Positions 16,925-26,813 of a stretch of 32,000 nt of DNA are shown here, piece after piece. Below the pieces are notes generated by a model, which worked only from the letters and a program-made list of their open reading frames with translations, ran no database searches and had not been told where the DNA came from. How positions within the stretch are numbered: position 1 is the first letter of the stretch; each line of letters begins with the position of its first letter. The position numbers were made by a program, and so were the translations under genes. Origin of the DNA: Candidatus Portiera aleyrodidarum (GTDB taxonomy: Bacteria > Pseudomonadota > Gammaproteobacteria > Johnevansiales > Johnevansiaceae); the NCBI RefSeq assembly GCF_000953395.1, contig NZ_LN649236.1, forward strand, positions 150,001-182,000. Reading direction: 5' to 3'.

Positions 16925-18097
16925 TTATAATAATATTACTTGCCATTCTTTATTTATTAAACATAGTTTTCTATTACAATAATATTCATTTATACCTTCT
17001 CCTGGTAATTCTTGTATTACTTGTTCTCCATAAAATCTTAAATCATTTATTTTTTTTTCTAAGTTTTTATCTTCTAAAAATGGTGCTAATATTCCTTCTT
17101 TTATATTTTGTTGTTTCTCATTTAAGGATGTAAGTAATTTTAAATCCATAGTACACCCAGTGGATGGTCTTTTTTTTCCATAGTGTTGACCAATATCATA
17201 TCGCCCTCCTTTTGCTAAAGGTTGAACATATCCTGATACATATGCTGTAAATATAAATCCATTATGATATTGATACCCTTTTAAATCTGATAAATCAAAA
17301 TATATTGATATATTTTTTATATATTTTATACTTTTATATATTTCTTTTAATTCATCTAATAATACTTTTATTTCTTTTATAAACGATATTTTTTTATATG
17401 CTTGTTTTATAATATTAAAATCACCATGTAAGTTAGGTAACATTTTTAATATTTTACTGATTTTAAAATCAACTTTTATTTTATCTATTAAATGATAAAC
17501 ATCAGTATATGACTTATTGTCTATGGCTTCAAATAAGATTTTTAAATATTTGTGTTGTATTTTAGATTTTTTAACTAATAAATTATATATACCAATATGT
17601 CCAAATGATAAATTTATGTGTTTGGCTCCAGATACTATTAAACTTTGTATAGTAAGTATGAGGATTTCTATATCTGCTTCCATACCTATATATCCTAGTA
17701 ATTCAATTCCTACTTGTATAGGATTTCTTTCTAAATCATTTTGTTCTTCATTAATAAAAGCACGAAAAACATTAGTGCAATAACAAACCCTATACGCTCC
17801 TTGATTTTGCAATACATTAGAATCTATCCTAGCTATTTGAGGGGTGGAATCAGCACTTAAACCAATTAATTTACCACTTAACATATCAATTAATTTAAAG
17901 GTTTGTATTTCTAAATCAGATCCTACAACATTTAATAATGTTTCTAAATATTCTATATGGGGAGGTATAAGAAAATTATAACCATATTTATAATATAGCT
18001 TTAATAGTTTAATTCTTAATTTTTCTAGTTTTATTGCTTGTGGTGGTAATATTTCATTTATACCATCCGGTAATAAATTTTTTTCATAATTTTTCAT
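16925..18097 (-). CDS. hisZ: ATP phosphoribosyltransferase regulatory subunit HisZ (HisRS paralogue)
   Basis: 390 aa. LLPDGINEILPPQAIKLEKLRIKLLKLYYKYGYNFLIPPHIEYLETLL...FKLIDMLSGKLIGLSADSTPQIARID...RVCYCTNVF follows the betaproteobacterial HisZ pattern (WLLPE..D.LP.EA...E.LRR.LLD.F...GYE.V.PP.LEYL.SLL...FKL.DQ.SGR.LGLRAD.TPQ.ARID). It has no anticodon-binding domain, so it is distinct from the genuine hisS at 25503. Confidence 0.82.
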   Translation of the reverse strand: MKNYEKNLLPDGINEILPPQAIKLEKLRIKLLKLYYKYGYNFLIPPHIEYLETLLNVVGSDLEIQTFKLIDMLSGKLIGLSADSTPQIARIDSNVLQNQGAYRVCYCTNVFRAFINEEQNDLERNPIQVGIELLGYIGMEADIEILILTIQSLIVSGAKHINLSFGHIGIYNLLVKKSKIQHKYLKILFEAIDNKSYTDVYHLIDKIKVDFKISKILKMLPNLHGDFNIIKQAYKKISFIKEIKVLLDELKEIYKSIKYIKNISIYFDLSDLKGYQYHNGFIFTAYVSGYVQPLAKGGRYDIGQHYGKKRPSTGCTMDLKLLTSLNEKQQNIKEGILAPFLEDKNLEKKINDLRFYGEQVIQELPGEGINEYYCNRKLCLINKEWQVILL

Positions 18098-19038
18098 ATA
18101 TTATAGTTTTTTTTCCAAGATTCTGTAATATTACTTTGTAATAAATATAAAATCATATCAAGTATTTTTGGATTATAAGCATCTAACCAAAAAGCATCCT
18201 TATATTTACGTAACCATACTTTTTGTTTTTTTGCTAAATTTCGAGTAGCTGATAATATTTTTTCTTTTAATATAATAAAATTATATTTTCCTTCAATAAA
18301 TTCCCATATTTGACGATAACCTATACTACGCATTGCCGGTAATTCTAAATACATATTATTCATATTTTTTAACCTTTCTACTTCTGTAATAAAACCTTTT
18401 TCAAACATAACATTTAAACGTAATAAAATATTGTTATACAATATTTCATTATTATTATGTGTAATAATAATTTTTAGTACCTTTCATGGAAATTTTTCTT
18501 TACTTTTTTTTGTCCAAAAATAATTAATAAGTTTATCAGTGTTTAAATATACTTCTAAAAATCTTGTTATTCTATAAATATCATTATGATTTATTTCATT
18601 GTTTTTTAATTTATTTTTTTTAAATAATTTGTGTAATAATAATAAATAATATTTATTATATTTTGTTATTTTATATTGTAAATCAGGTATTTTTGCTATT
18701 CCTTCTAATAAAATTTTAAAATAAAACATTGTACCACCAACTAATATCGGTATTTTTCCTAACTTACTAATTTTTTTCATTACTTTTAATGCATCTTTAC
18801 GAAACTCCCAAGCAGAATAAGTTTCATTAGGATTTCTTATATCTATTAATTCATGATATATATTATTTGGTTTTGCTGTACCAATATCCATATATCTATA
18901 AACCATAGATGAATCTACACTAATTAATTCACAATTTAATATTTTTTTTAATTTTATAGCTATTTTGGTTTTACCTGATGCTGTGGTCCCCATTAAAAAA
19001 ATCGCTATTGGTTTGTTTATTATATTATATTTTTTCAT
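18094..19038 (-). pseudogene. miaA: tRNA dimethylallyltransferase MiaA interrupted by one in-frame TGA (two ORFs: 18484-19038 and 18094-18441)
   Basis: The N-terminal ORF carries the P-loop [12 protein letters not shown], then [16 protein letters not shown] and GGTMFYFK. The C-terminal ORF carries GFITEVERL and RSIGYRQIWEF. Both ORFs are in the same frame. The first ends at TGA (18486-18484). After 14 sense codons the track's second ORF begins at an in-frame TTG with no SD. Reading through gives 314 aa (E. coli MiaA is 316 aa) with no gap in the alignment. Confidence 0.85.
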
Positions 19039-19039
19039 A

Positions 19040-20701
19040 TTATATTTTACGTAAAAATAATTTATCTAATTTATTATTAGATAATTTTATCCATGTAGGA
19101 CGACCATGATTACAAACTTTTATATGTTTCGTTAATTCCATTTCACGTAACAATGAATTCATTTCTATAATCGTTAATTTTTTATTTGAACGTATACTAT
19201 TATAACAAGAATATTTTATCAAAGATTTTTTAAAAATATTTTTTATAGTTTTTTCAGAATGTAACAACTGTAATTTTTCAAAAAGTTTTTTTAATAAAAA
19301 ATATATATTTATATTTTTGAAAAATAACTTTGGTATTTCTTTTATTAAAATTACATTAAATTTAATTATTTCTAATGTTATACCTATGTTAAAAAAATTG
19401 TCTTGATATTTTTTTATTAATGTAATTATTTCATAATCTACTTTTAGACTAATCGGTAATAATAATTTTTGTCTTACAATTTTCTTTTGTAATTGTTGGT
19501 TTTTTATTTTTTCATATATTATACGTTCATGCGCAGCATGAATATCTACAATAATTAAACCTTCTTGATTTTGTGATATAATATATTTTTCTTTATATTG
19601 ACATATTGCAAATCCTAAAAAGTTTTTATTGCATATTTGTTTAGATGCAGATAAACTATAATTTTCTTCTTTTTTATTAAATCTTTGTTTATTTTGTAAA
19701 TTACAATTATGTTTTAATGCAAAATAAATTTTTTCAAAAATAAATGTATTTATTATATTTTCATCAATAAATCGTACTTTATATTTGTTCGGATGTATAT
19801 TTACATCTAAGAACTTTGAATTTATACTTATATATAAAATATAAGATGGTTTTAAACCCTTAAACATAATTTCATTATATGCCTTTAATATAATTTTTTT
19901 TAATAAAGGATCCTTTATAATTCTTCTATTTATAAAAATATATTGTTTTTTTTTATTCACCATATCAGTTGGTATAAACAACCAACCCATAATTTTAATT
20001 TTATTTTTTGTATCATATTTATTTATAAATAAACTATTTTTGATCAAATTTTTTCCAAAAATTTTACAAATTCTATTTATACATTCATCAATATTTACAC
20101 ACGGTAATAATTTATATATATTGTTTTTATTTATTAAAGTCCAACAAATATCAAATCTTGATAACACCAACTGATAAAACATTTCAAATATTTTATTATT
20201 TTCAATTCTATCACTAGATAAATATTTTAATTTTATTAAATTATTATAAAATAAATCACTTATACTTACTGTCGTTCCTTTTAAATGTGGAAAAGGAAAC
20301 CTATCTATGTTTCCAAATGTATTAGATATACCATACCCCTTATACGTTTCATTATAAGGATTAGATATTAAAGAATAATTAGATATTGAACCTATAGCTG
20401 ATAACGCTTCACCTCTAAAACCTAATGTTTTAATATGATGAATATCTTTTACACTAGTTATTTTACTTGTAGCGTTTTTAGTAAATACTAATTTTAAATC
20501 ATCTTTATTTATTCCACAACCATTATCTATAACTTCTATTAATTGTTTTCCACCGTTTTTTATATTAATTTTAATATTATTACTTCCAGCATCTATAGCA
20601 TTTTCTACTAATTCTTTTAATACATATGAAGGATCTCTAATAAGTTCTCCAGCAGATAGTTTATTTATTAAATTTTTATTCAGTATTTTTATTCTATTCA
20701 T
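19040..20701 (-). CDS. mutL: DNA mismatch repair protein MutL (endonuclease-type C-terminal domain)
   Basis: 553 aa. GHKL ATPase motifs [17 protein letters not shown] and [10 protein letters not shown]. The C-terminal domain has [19 protein letters not shown] and CNHGRPTW. Confidence 0.92.
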   Translation of the reverse strand: MNRIKILNKNLINKLSAGELIRDPSYVLKELVENAIDAGSNNIKINIKNGGKQLIEVIDNGCGINKDDLKLVFTKNATSKITSVKDIHHIKTLGFRGEALSAIGSISNYSLISNPYNETYKGYGISNTFGNIDRFPFPHLKGTTVSISDLFYNNLIKLKYLSSDRIENNKIFEMFYQLVLSRFDICWTLINKNNIYKLLPCVNIDECINRICKIFGKNLIKNSLFINKYDTKNKIKIMGWLFIPTDMVNKKKQYIFINRRIIKDPLLKKIILKAYNEIMFKGLKPSYILYISINSKFLDVNIHPNKYKVRFIDENIINTFIFEKIYFALKHNCNLQNKQRFNKKEENYSLSASKQICNKNFLGFAICQYKEKYIISQNQEGLIIVDIHAAHERIIYEKIKNQQLQKKIVRQKLLLPISLKVDYEIITLIKKYQDNFFNIGITLEIIKFNVILIKEIPKLFFKNINIYFLLKKLFEKLQLLHSEKTIKNIFKKSLIKYSCYNSIRSNKKLTIIEMNSLLREMELTKHIKVCNHGRPTWIKLSNNKLDKLFLRKI

Positions 20702-20720
20702 AATATTACTATATTTATAC

Positions 20721-21038
20721 CTAACAAATTATATTTAATACTATATATTTTTTTACTAATTTAAATTTACAAATATATTGTTTTTTAAAATTTATTATAA
20801 GTTTGTTTATATCTACTTTATATAAAGTTTTTTTTATATTTTTATATTGTATAATATAAATATCACTAGTATGATCATATTCTATTCTTTTTTTTAATTT
20901 ATTTATTTTTTGTATAACAAACATACTATTGATTTTGTGTTTATTCCTTTTATATATACCATTACAAAAATAGATTTCTTTATTTTTTAATTTATTAATT
21001 GGAAATTCTTTTTTTTGTCCACAATCAAAACCGTTCAT
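20721..21038 (-). CDS. Hypothetical protein, 105 aa, very Lys/Ile/Asn-rich; no family recognised
   Basis: An open frame of 105 codons in DNA this AT-rich, where stop triplets are frequent, is unlikely by chance. ATG start. It fits exactly between the ilvD stop (1-nt gap) and the mutL start (19-nt gap), on the same strand as both. I could find no convincing motif. Confidence 0.5.
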   Translation of the reverse strand: MNGFDCGQKKEFPINKLKNKEIYFCNGIYKRNKHKINSMFVIQKINKLKKRIEYDHTSDIYIIQYKNIKKTLYKVDINKLIINFKKQYICKFKLVKKYIVLNIIC

Positions 21039-21039
21039 T

Positions 21040-22884
21040 TTATAACATATTTCTTATAGCACCTGTATCTGCCGAAGTAGCATAATATGAATACAATTTT
21101 AACGCTTTAGTTATTTTTCTATTACGTTTAGTTATGTTTTTCCATTTATTTTTATATTTGTTATTCATTTTTTTTCTACGAAGACTTAATAGTTTTTTAT
21201 TAATTAATAAATTTATATATCTTTCTTTTATATTTATGCTTATTAAATCATTATCTTCAATTAAAGCTATATTACCATATTCAGCGGCTTCCGGAGATAT
21301 GTGTCCAATTGATAAGCCTGATGTACCACCAGAAAATCTTCCATCCGTTAATAATGCACAATATTTATCTAATTTTTTATATTTTAAATACGATGTAGGA
21401 AATAACATTTCTTGCATTCCAGGACCCCCTTTAGGTCCTTCAAAACATATTATTAAAACATCACCTTTTTTTATTTGATTATTTAATATTTTTTTTACGG
21501 CTTTTTCTTGTGAATATACAACTTTCGCCCTACCTTTAAATGTTAAATTGTTGTTATATACTCCTGCTGTTTTAACTACACATCCTTTGTATGCTATATT
21601 ACCAAATAATATCGCTAACCCTCCATCTTTAGAATAACAATTTTTTATATTACGTATACAACCATTTTTTCTATCTTTATCTAATAAAGTCCATTGATTA
21701 TTCTGATAAATAGATTTTTGTGTGATCATACGACCAGGAGCGGATTGATAAAACTTTAAGACTTTTTTTTCATTAGAATACATAATATCCCATTGATATA
21801 AAGCTTTTTCTAATGTTTTACTATGTATTGTAGATACAGATAAATTTAATAAATTTAATTTATTTAATTCTCCTAACAGACCAAACACCCCTCCAGCTCT
21901 ATGAAAATCTTCAATATAATATTGATTGGTATTTGGCGACAATTTACATAATTGAGGCACCTTTCTTGATAACTGATCTATATTTTTTAATTCAAAGTTG
22001 ATATTAGCTTCTTTAGCTATAGCTAATAAATGTAGTATTGTATTAGTTGACCCACCCATCGCTATATCCAATATCATCGCATTTTCAAAAGATTCTTTTA
22101 CACAAATATCGAGAGGTAAAACTTTTTTTTCTTTTTTATAATATTCTTTAGTAATTTCTACAATTCTTTTTCCTACTTTATTAAATAATAATTTTCTATT
22201 TATATGAGTAGATAATAATGTTCCATTACCTGGGTATGTTAAACCTAAAACTTCTAATAAACAATTCATAGAATTTGCTGTAAACATACCTGAACAACTA
22301 CCACAGGTTGGACATGCATTTTTTTCTATTTCTAATATTTTTTTTTTATTCTTATTATTATTGTTGGATCCACTTATTATTATTGCATCAACTAAATTTA
22401 TATGTTTTTTATCATTTTTTAACCTACCTGCTTCCATTGGCCCACCTGAAACAAAAATTGTAGGCAAATTTAATCTAAAACACGCTAATAACATACCTGG
22501 AGTAATTTTATCACAATTAGAAATACACACTAACGCATCTGCACAATGTGCATTTACCATATATTCTATTGAATCAGCTATAAGTTCTCTTGACGGCAAC
22601 GAATACAACATACCCATATGACCCATAGCTATTCCATCATCTATCGCAATAGTATTAAAAATTTTTGCATTAGCACCATTGTGTTGGATTGATTTTTTTA
22701 TAATCTTTCCTACTTGGTCTAACTTTATATGTCCTGGCACAAAATCGGTATAAGAATTTGCTATAGCAATTATGGGTTTATCAAAATCATTATCTTTAAT
22801 TCCTGTAGCACGCCATAAAGCTCGTGCTCCAACCATGTTTTTATTTGTCGTAATATACGATCTATAATTTTTCATATATTGCAT
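21040..22884 (-). CDS. ilvD: Dihydroxy-acid dehydratase
   Basis: 614 aa. [56 protein letters not shown] (Fe-S ligands), [28 protein letters not shown]. The second ATG (22875-22873, MKNYRS...) aligns better with the E. coli N-terminus (MPKYRS) and has an AGGA SD 8 nt upstream, so the real start may be 22875. Confidence 0.95.
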   Translation of the reverse strand: MQYMKNYRSYITTNKNMVGARALWRATGIKDNDFDKPIIAIANSYTDFVPGHIKLDQVGKIIKKSIQHNGANAKIFNTIAIDDGIAMGHMGMLYSLPSRELIADSIEYMVNAHCADALVCISNCDKITPGMLLACFRLNLPTIFVSGGPMEAGRLKNDKKHINLVDAIIISGSNNNNKNKKKILEIEKNACPTCGSCSGMFTANSMNCLLEVLGLTYPGNGTLLSTHINRKLLFNKVGKRIVEITKEYYKKEKKVLPLDICVKESFENAMILDIAMGGSTNTILHLLAIAKEANINFELKNIDQLSRKVPQLCKLSPNTNQYYIEDFHRAGGVFGLLGELNKLNLLNLSVSTIHSKTLEKALYQWDIMYSNEKKVLKFYQSAPGRMITQKSIYQNNQWTLLDKDRKNGCIRNIKNCYSKDGGLAILFGNIAYKGCVVKTAGVYNNNLTFKGRAKVVYSQEKAVKKILNNQIKKGDVLIICFEGPKGGPGMQEMLFPTSYLKYKKLDKYCALLTDGRFSGGTSGLSIGHISPEAAEYGNIALIEDNDLISINIKERYINLLINKKLLSLRRKKMNNKYKNKWKNITKRNRKITKALKLYSYYATSADTGAIRNML

Positions 22885-22893
22885 CCTATTATG

Positions 22894-25212
22894 TTAAAAA
22901 ACTATTTTGGCAACATCTTTATAATCTTTAACAAAATGAATTTTTATATTATTTTTTAAATAATTTGGTAATTTATCAACATCACTTTTATTACCTATAG
23001 GTAATAAAATTTCAAATATTTCACTTCTTCTTGCTGCTACTATTTTTTCTCTTATTCCTCCTACTGATAATACTTGACCTGTTAAAGTAATTTCTCCAGT
23101 CATTGCTAACATTCTTTTTATACTTTTTAATTTAGCTAATGATATTAACGCTGTTGTCATTGTTATTCCTGCCGATGGCCCATCTTTAGGTACTGATCCT
23201 TCTGGTACATGTAAATGTATAAAATATTTATTAAAAAATTTTTTATTTATATTATAATATTTTATATTAGCTAATGTATAACTATAAGCTATATTGGCTG
23301 ACTCTTTCATGACACTACCTAATTTACCTGTCAATTTTAATCCGGTTTTTAAATTATTTATTTTAACAGCTTCTATTGGCAAAGTAACACCACCTCTAGA
23401 TGTCCAGGCTAATCCTGTGACTACCCCTATACCTTTTAATAATTTTTCTTTTTTAAAAATAGGTAGACCTAAATAATTTTTTAAATTATTTATTGAAATG
23501 TTTATAACTTTATTTTTATTTTTTAATAATTTCACTACGGATTTACGAATAATACGATGTAATTGTTTTTCTAAATTTCTTAATCCTGATTCTCTAGCAT
23601 ATCCTTCTATAACTTGTTTTAACGCTGTAGATGTAATTTTTATACTATTTTTCGGTAAATTATCTTTTTTTACTAATTTAGGCCATAAATATTTTTTAGC
23701 TATAGTATATTTTTCTTCAGATATATAACCATATAATCTAATCACTTCCATTCTATCATATAAAGGTATTGGAATTGTATCTATTTGATTTGCTGTACAT
23801 ATAAATAATACTTTAGATAAATCTACATTGATATCTAAATAATTATCAAAAAATTCATTATTTTGTTCTGAATCCAAAACCTCCAATAAAGCAGCAGCTG
23901 GATCATTATTATATGTTTGACTAATTTTATCTATTTCATCTAACATAATTACAGGATTTAAGACTTGAGTATCTTTTAAAGCTTGAACCATTTTTCCTGG
24001 CATTGAACTTACATATGTTCTACGATGCCCTTTTATCTCCGCTTCATCACGTATACCCCCTAAAGAGATTCTATAAAATTTTCTTCCTAAAGCATTAGCT
24101 ATAGATTTTCCTATAGATGTTTTACCAACACCTGGGGGGCCTATTAATAATAAAATTGAACCTCCTACTGTACCTTTAAATGTACATTCAGCTAAAAATT
24201 CTATAATTCTTTCTTTTATATCATTTATACCATCATGATTTTTATTTAATATTTTTCGTGCATAATTTATATCTATTATATCTTTAGATACAATTCCCCA
24301 AGGAATTTTTGTTAACCAATCTAAATAATTCCGAGTCGTACTATATTCTGGTGATCCTATTTCTAATATTTTTAATTTATTTAATTCTTCTCTTATTTTA
24401 TTTTTAACTTTATTTGATAACACAAAGTTTTTTATACGTACTTTAAATTTGTTTATATCTTTTTTTCGTTCATCTTTTTGTATATCTAATTCTTTTTGTA
24501 TAATTTTTAATTGTTCTCTTAAAAAAAATTCTCTTTGTCTATCATGCATTTGCAAATTGACTTGTTGTGAGATTTTACTATAGAACTTCGCTATTTCTAT
24601 TTCTTTTCTTAACATAGGTAACACTAATTGCATACGATTTAAAATTGATAAGGTTTCTAAAATTCTTTGCAATTCTTTACCTTTATTTGATGTTATTGCT
24701 GCTGCAAAATCTGTTAATGGGCCAGGATCACTTGGACTAAATCTATTTAAATATTTTTTTAATTCTTCACCATATAAAGGATTATTTGGTAATAATTCTT
24801 TGATTCCATTTCTTATTGCTATAGCATACGCACGGGTCTCATTCGATTCTTTATTTATAATGTCTTTAGGATATATAACTTCTACAAAAAAAGGAGGATT
24901 TTTAGATATCCAATTTATAATTTTAAATCGTCTTAAGCCTTGAGCTATAAATGGAATTTGATCACCATCTGTACGATGTACTTTAACTATAGTTCCCATT
25001 AAATGAAATTCCTTGGTCTTAGGAATTTCTTTAGTATTATTTCCAACATAAATTAATCCTAAACAACTATGTTTAGTAGTACCTACTCTTTTTATAGTTT
25101 CAATCCATCTATTTTTATTTATTACTAATGGTTGTATTTGAGCAGGAAAAAAAGGCCTATTATTTATAGGAAGTAAATAAATACTTTCTGGAAATAAATG
25201 ATTTATAGACAC
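22894..25212 (-). CDS. lon: ATP-dependent Lon protease
   Basis: 772 aa. LLPINNRPFFP (N-terminal domain), GPPGVGKTSIGKSIA (Walker A), MLDEIDK (Walker B), PKDGPSAGITMTTAL (catalytic Ser), LTGQVLSVGGIREKIVAA (catalytic Lys). GTG start at 25212-25210 with an AAAGGA SD 8 nt upstream. Confidence 0.96.
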   Translation of the reverse strand: MSINHLFPESIYLLPINNRPFFPAQIQPLVINKNRWIETIKRVGTTKHSCLGLIYVGNNTKEIPKTKEFHLMGTIVKVHRTDGDQIPFIAQGLRRFKIINWISKNPPFFVEVIYPKDIINKESNETRAYAIAIRNGIKELLPNNPLYGEELKKYLNRFSPSDPGPLTDFAAAITSNKGKELQRILETLSILNRMQLVLPMLRKEIEIAKFYSKISQQVNLQMHDRQREFFLREQLKIIQKELDIQKDERKKDINKFKVRIKNFVLSNKVKNKIREELNKLKILEIGSPEYSTTRNYLDWLTKIPWGIVSKDIIDINYARKILNKNHDGINDIKERIIEFLAECTFKGTVGGSILLLIGPPGVGKTSIGKSIANALGRKFYRISLGGIRDEAEIKGHRRTYVSSMPGKMVQALKDTQVLNPVIMLDEIDKISQTYNNDPAAALLEVLDSEQNNEFFDNYLDINVDLSKVLFICTANQIDTIPIPLYDRMEVIRLYGYISEEKYTIAKKYLWPKLVKKDNLPKNSIKITSTALKQVIEGYARESGLRNLEKQLHRIIRKSVVKLLKNKNKVINISINNLKNYLGLPIFKKEKLLKGIGVVTGLAWTSRGGVTLPIEAVKINNLKTGLKLTGKLGSVMKESANIAYSYTLANIKYYNINKKFFNKYFIHLHVPEGSVPKDGPSAGITMTTALISLAKLKSIKRMLAMTGEITLTGQVLSVGGIREKIVAARRSEIFEILLPIGNKSDVDKLPNYLKNNIKIHFVKDYKDVAKIVF

Positions 25213-25502
25213 TATTTTTGTCCTTTCTATTTATGGTATTTTTTACACAATTTCTTTTATCGAATCCATCTATTTTTACCTTCTTGATAACACACTATTT
25301 TAAACGTTTTTGAAGCCATCATTGGATAAACCACTTTACTTATATGATGTCATTTGATTATTAAATATTTTAACATATTAAATTTAGATAATCATTTTTT
25401 ACTTTGTTAATCGTATAAGTCATTATGTTTTGATTATTTATTTTGTTTTAAAATCAATAATATTATATAATATTATTTTTAACATTAATTCATATATTAT
25501 TT

Positions 25503-26813
25503 ATGATTACAATCACATCTATCAAAGGTATGAAAGATATTTTACCTACCAAATCGGTTATTTGGCAATACATAGAAAATAAAATTAAAATGATTTTATA
25601 TAAATATTTTTATTTAGAAATTCGAACTCCCATTATGGAAAAAACACATTTATTTAATCTTTCTTTAGGACAAACTACCGATATCATAAAAAAAGAAATG
25701 TATACTTTTAATGATAAAAATAATATTTCTTTAACATTACGACCTGAAAATACTACTTCTATAATCAGATCAATCTTAGAACATCATAGTTTTTTTAATA
25801 ATAAAGAACAAAAACTTTGGTATGTAGGCCCCATGTTTAGATATGAAAATCCTCAACATGGTAGATATCGACAATTTCATCAATTTGGAGTTGAAACCTT
25901 TAACATGTATGGTCCTGATATTGATTCAGAAATAATTTTCATAACAAATAGAATTTTTCAAGTATTAGGTATAAAAAAATATTTAAACTTAGAATTAAAT
26001 TCATTAGGATCAAAAAATTCCAGAAGATTATATTCTAATATATTATTTAAATATTTTAAAAAATTTAAAAACTATTTAGATACTAATCTAATATATACAT
26101 TATATAATAATCCTTTAAGACTATTAGACAATAAAATCAATAATATCAAATATATATTTAAGCATACTCCTAAAATATTAGATTTTATTGATATAAAATC
26201 TCTTCAACATTTTGATTTATTAAAAAATATTTTAACTTATACAAATATTAAATACACAATCAATACAAACTTAGTAAGAGGATTAGATTATTATTCCCGT
26301 ACTGTTTTTGAATGGACCACTACTTTTTTAGGTAGTCAAAACACTATATGTGCTGGGGGGAGATATGATTATTTAATCAAATACTTTCATGGTAAACATA
26401 CTCCTGCGATCGGTTTTGCTATTGGTTTAGAAAGAATAATTTTATTATTAGAAAAACTAAATCTTTTACCAACAAATATAAATGTTACAATTAATATTTT
26501 ATTTATTACACTTTCCACTGACAAAAAAATACAAATCAAATCACTAAAAATTTTAGAACAAATTCGTAATGAATTACCTAATTTAATTATACAAACAAAT
26601 TATTGTAATACATCTTTAAAAAAACAATTATATAAAGCAAATAAAAATAACATACATATTATTTTATTTTATGGAAGTAAGGAATTTCAAACCAATAAAA
26701 TTTCTATTAAAGATTTATATAATAATACACAAAAATTCTTAGAATTTAAACATTTAATCAAAACCTTAAAATTAATATTTTATCATGAATCTAATTATTT
26801 CAATTATTGGTAA
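25503..26813 (+). CDS. hisS: Histidine--tRNA ligase
   Basis: 436 aa. SIKGMKDILP, LRPENTTSIIR, WYVGPMFRYENPQHGRYRQFHQFGVE (motif 2), VRGLDYYSRTVFEW, CAGGRYD, GFAIGLERI (motif 3), followed by an anticodon-binding domain. Confidence 0.95.
   Translation: MITITSIKGMKDILPTKSVIWQYIENKIKMILYKYFYLEIRTPIMEKTHLFNLSLGQTTDIIKKEMYTFNDKNNISLTLRPENTTSIIRSILEHHSFFNNKEQKLWYVGPMFRYENPQHGRYRQFHQFGVETFNMYGPDIDSEIIFITNRIFQVLGIKKYLNLELNSLGSKNSRRLYSNILFKYFKKFKNYLDTNLIYTLYNNPLRLLDNKINNIKYIFKHTPKILDFIDIKSLQHFDLLKNILTYTNIKYTINTNLVRGLDYYSRTVFEWTTTFLGSQNTICAGGRYDYLIKYFHGKHTPAIGFAIGLERIILLLEKLNLLPTNINVTINILFITLSTDKKIQIKSLKILEQIRNELPNLIIQTNYCNTSLKKQLYKANKNNIHIILFYGSKEFQTNKISIKDLYNNTQKFLEFKHLIKTLKLIFYHESNYFNYW

Noticed and set aside
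14233-17783. Plus-strand ORFs 14233-14478, 14842-15147 and 17517-17783
   Set aside because: They are antisense to sufD, sufC and hisZ respectively. The composition is low-complexity Phe/Leu/Tyr/Ile with no recognisable domains.
18484-18486. Genome-wide UGA=Trp recoding (genetic code 4) or selenocysteine as the explanation for the in-frame TGA in miaA
   Set aside because: TGA terminates rpsF (1275-1273), dnaX (7012-7010), gnd (8106-8104), yadH (9156-9154), sufC (14663-14661) and miaA itself (18096-18094), each at a position consistent with homologue length. Three of these are in ATGA overlaps with the next start. All other conserved genes are intact under the standard code, and the Trp positions I read at nucleotide level (tsaB LALW, hisS C-terminal NYW, both TGG) use TGG. 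MiaA is not a selenoprotein family, and no SECIS-like hairpin follows the TGA.
22338-22347. Homopolymer runs (for example A10 on the coding strand of ilvD; 9-nt runs at about 10292-10300 and 30361-30369) as frameshift or transcriptional-slippage sites
   Set aside because: All affected genes keep an intact frame across the runs, which encode poly-Lys at non-conserved positions. There is no evidence of disruption that would need rescue.
25257-25322. 21-codon ORF upstream of lon as a real gene or leader peptide
   Set aside because: It is too short to evaluate, has no SD that I can see, and has no recognisable homology. I kept it only as a note inside the intergenic-region finding.
25255-25325. 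Sigma-32 heat-shock promoter for lon (CTTGATA at 25283-25289 on the plus strand; CTTCAAA on the minus strand near 25310)
   Set aside because: The best -35-like heptamer is on the wrong strand for lon. Neither candidate has a CCCCATNT-like -10 at 13-17 nt spacing. In DNA this AT-rich such partial matches are expected by chance.
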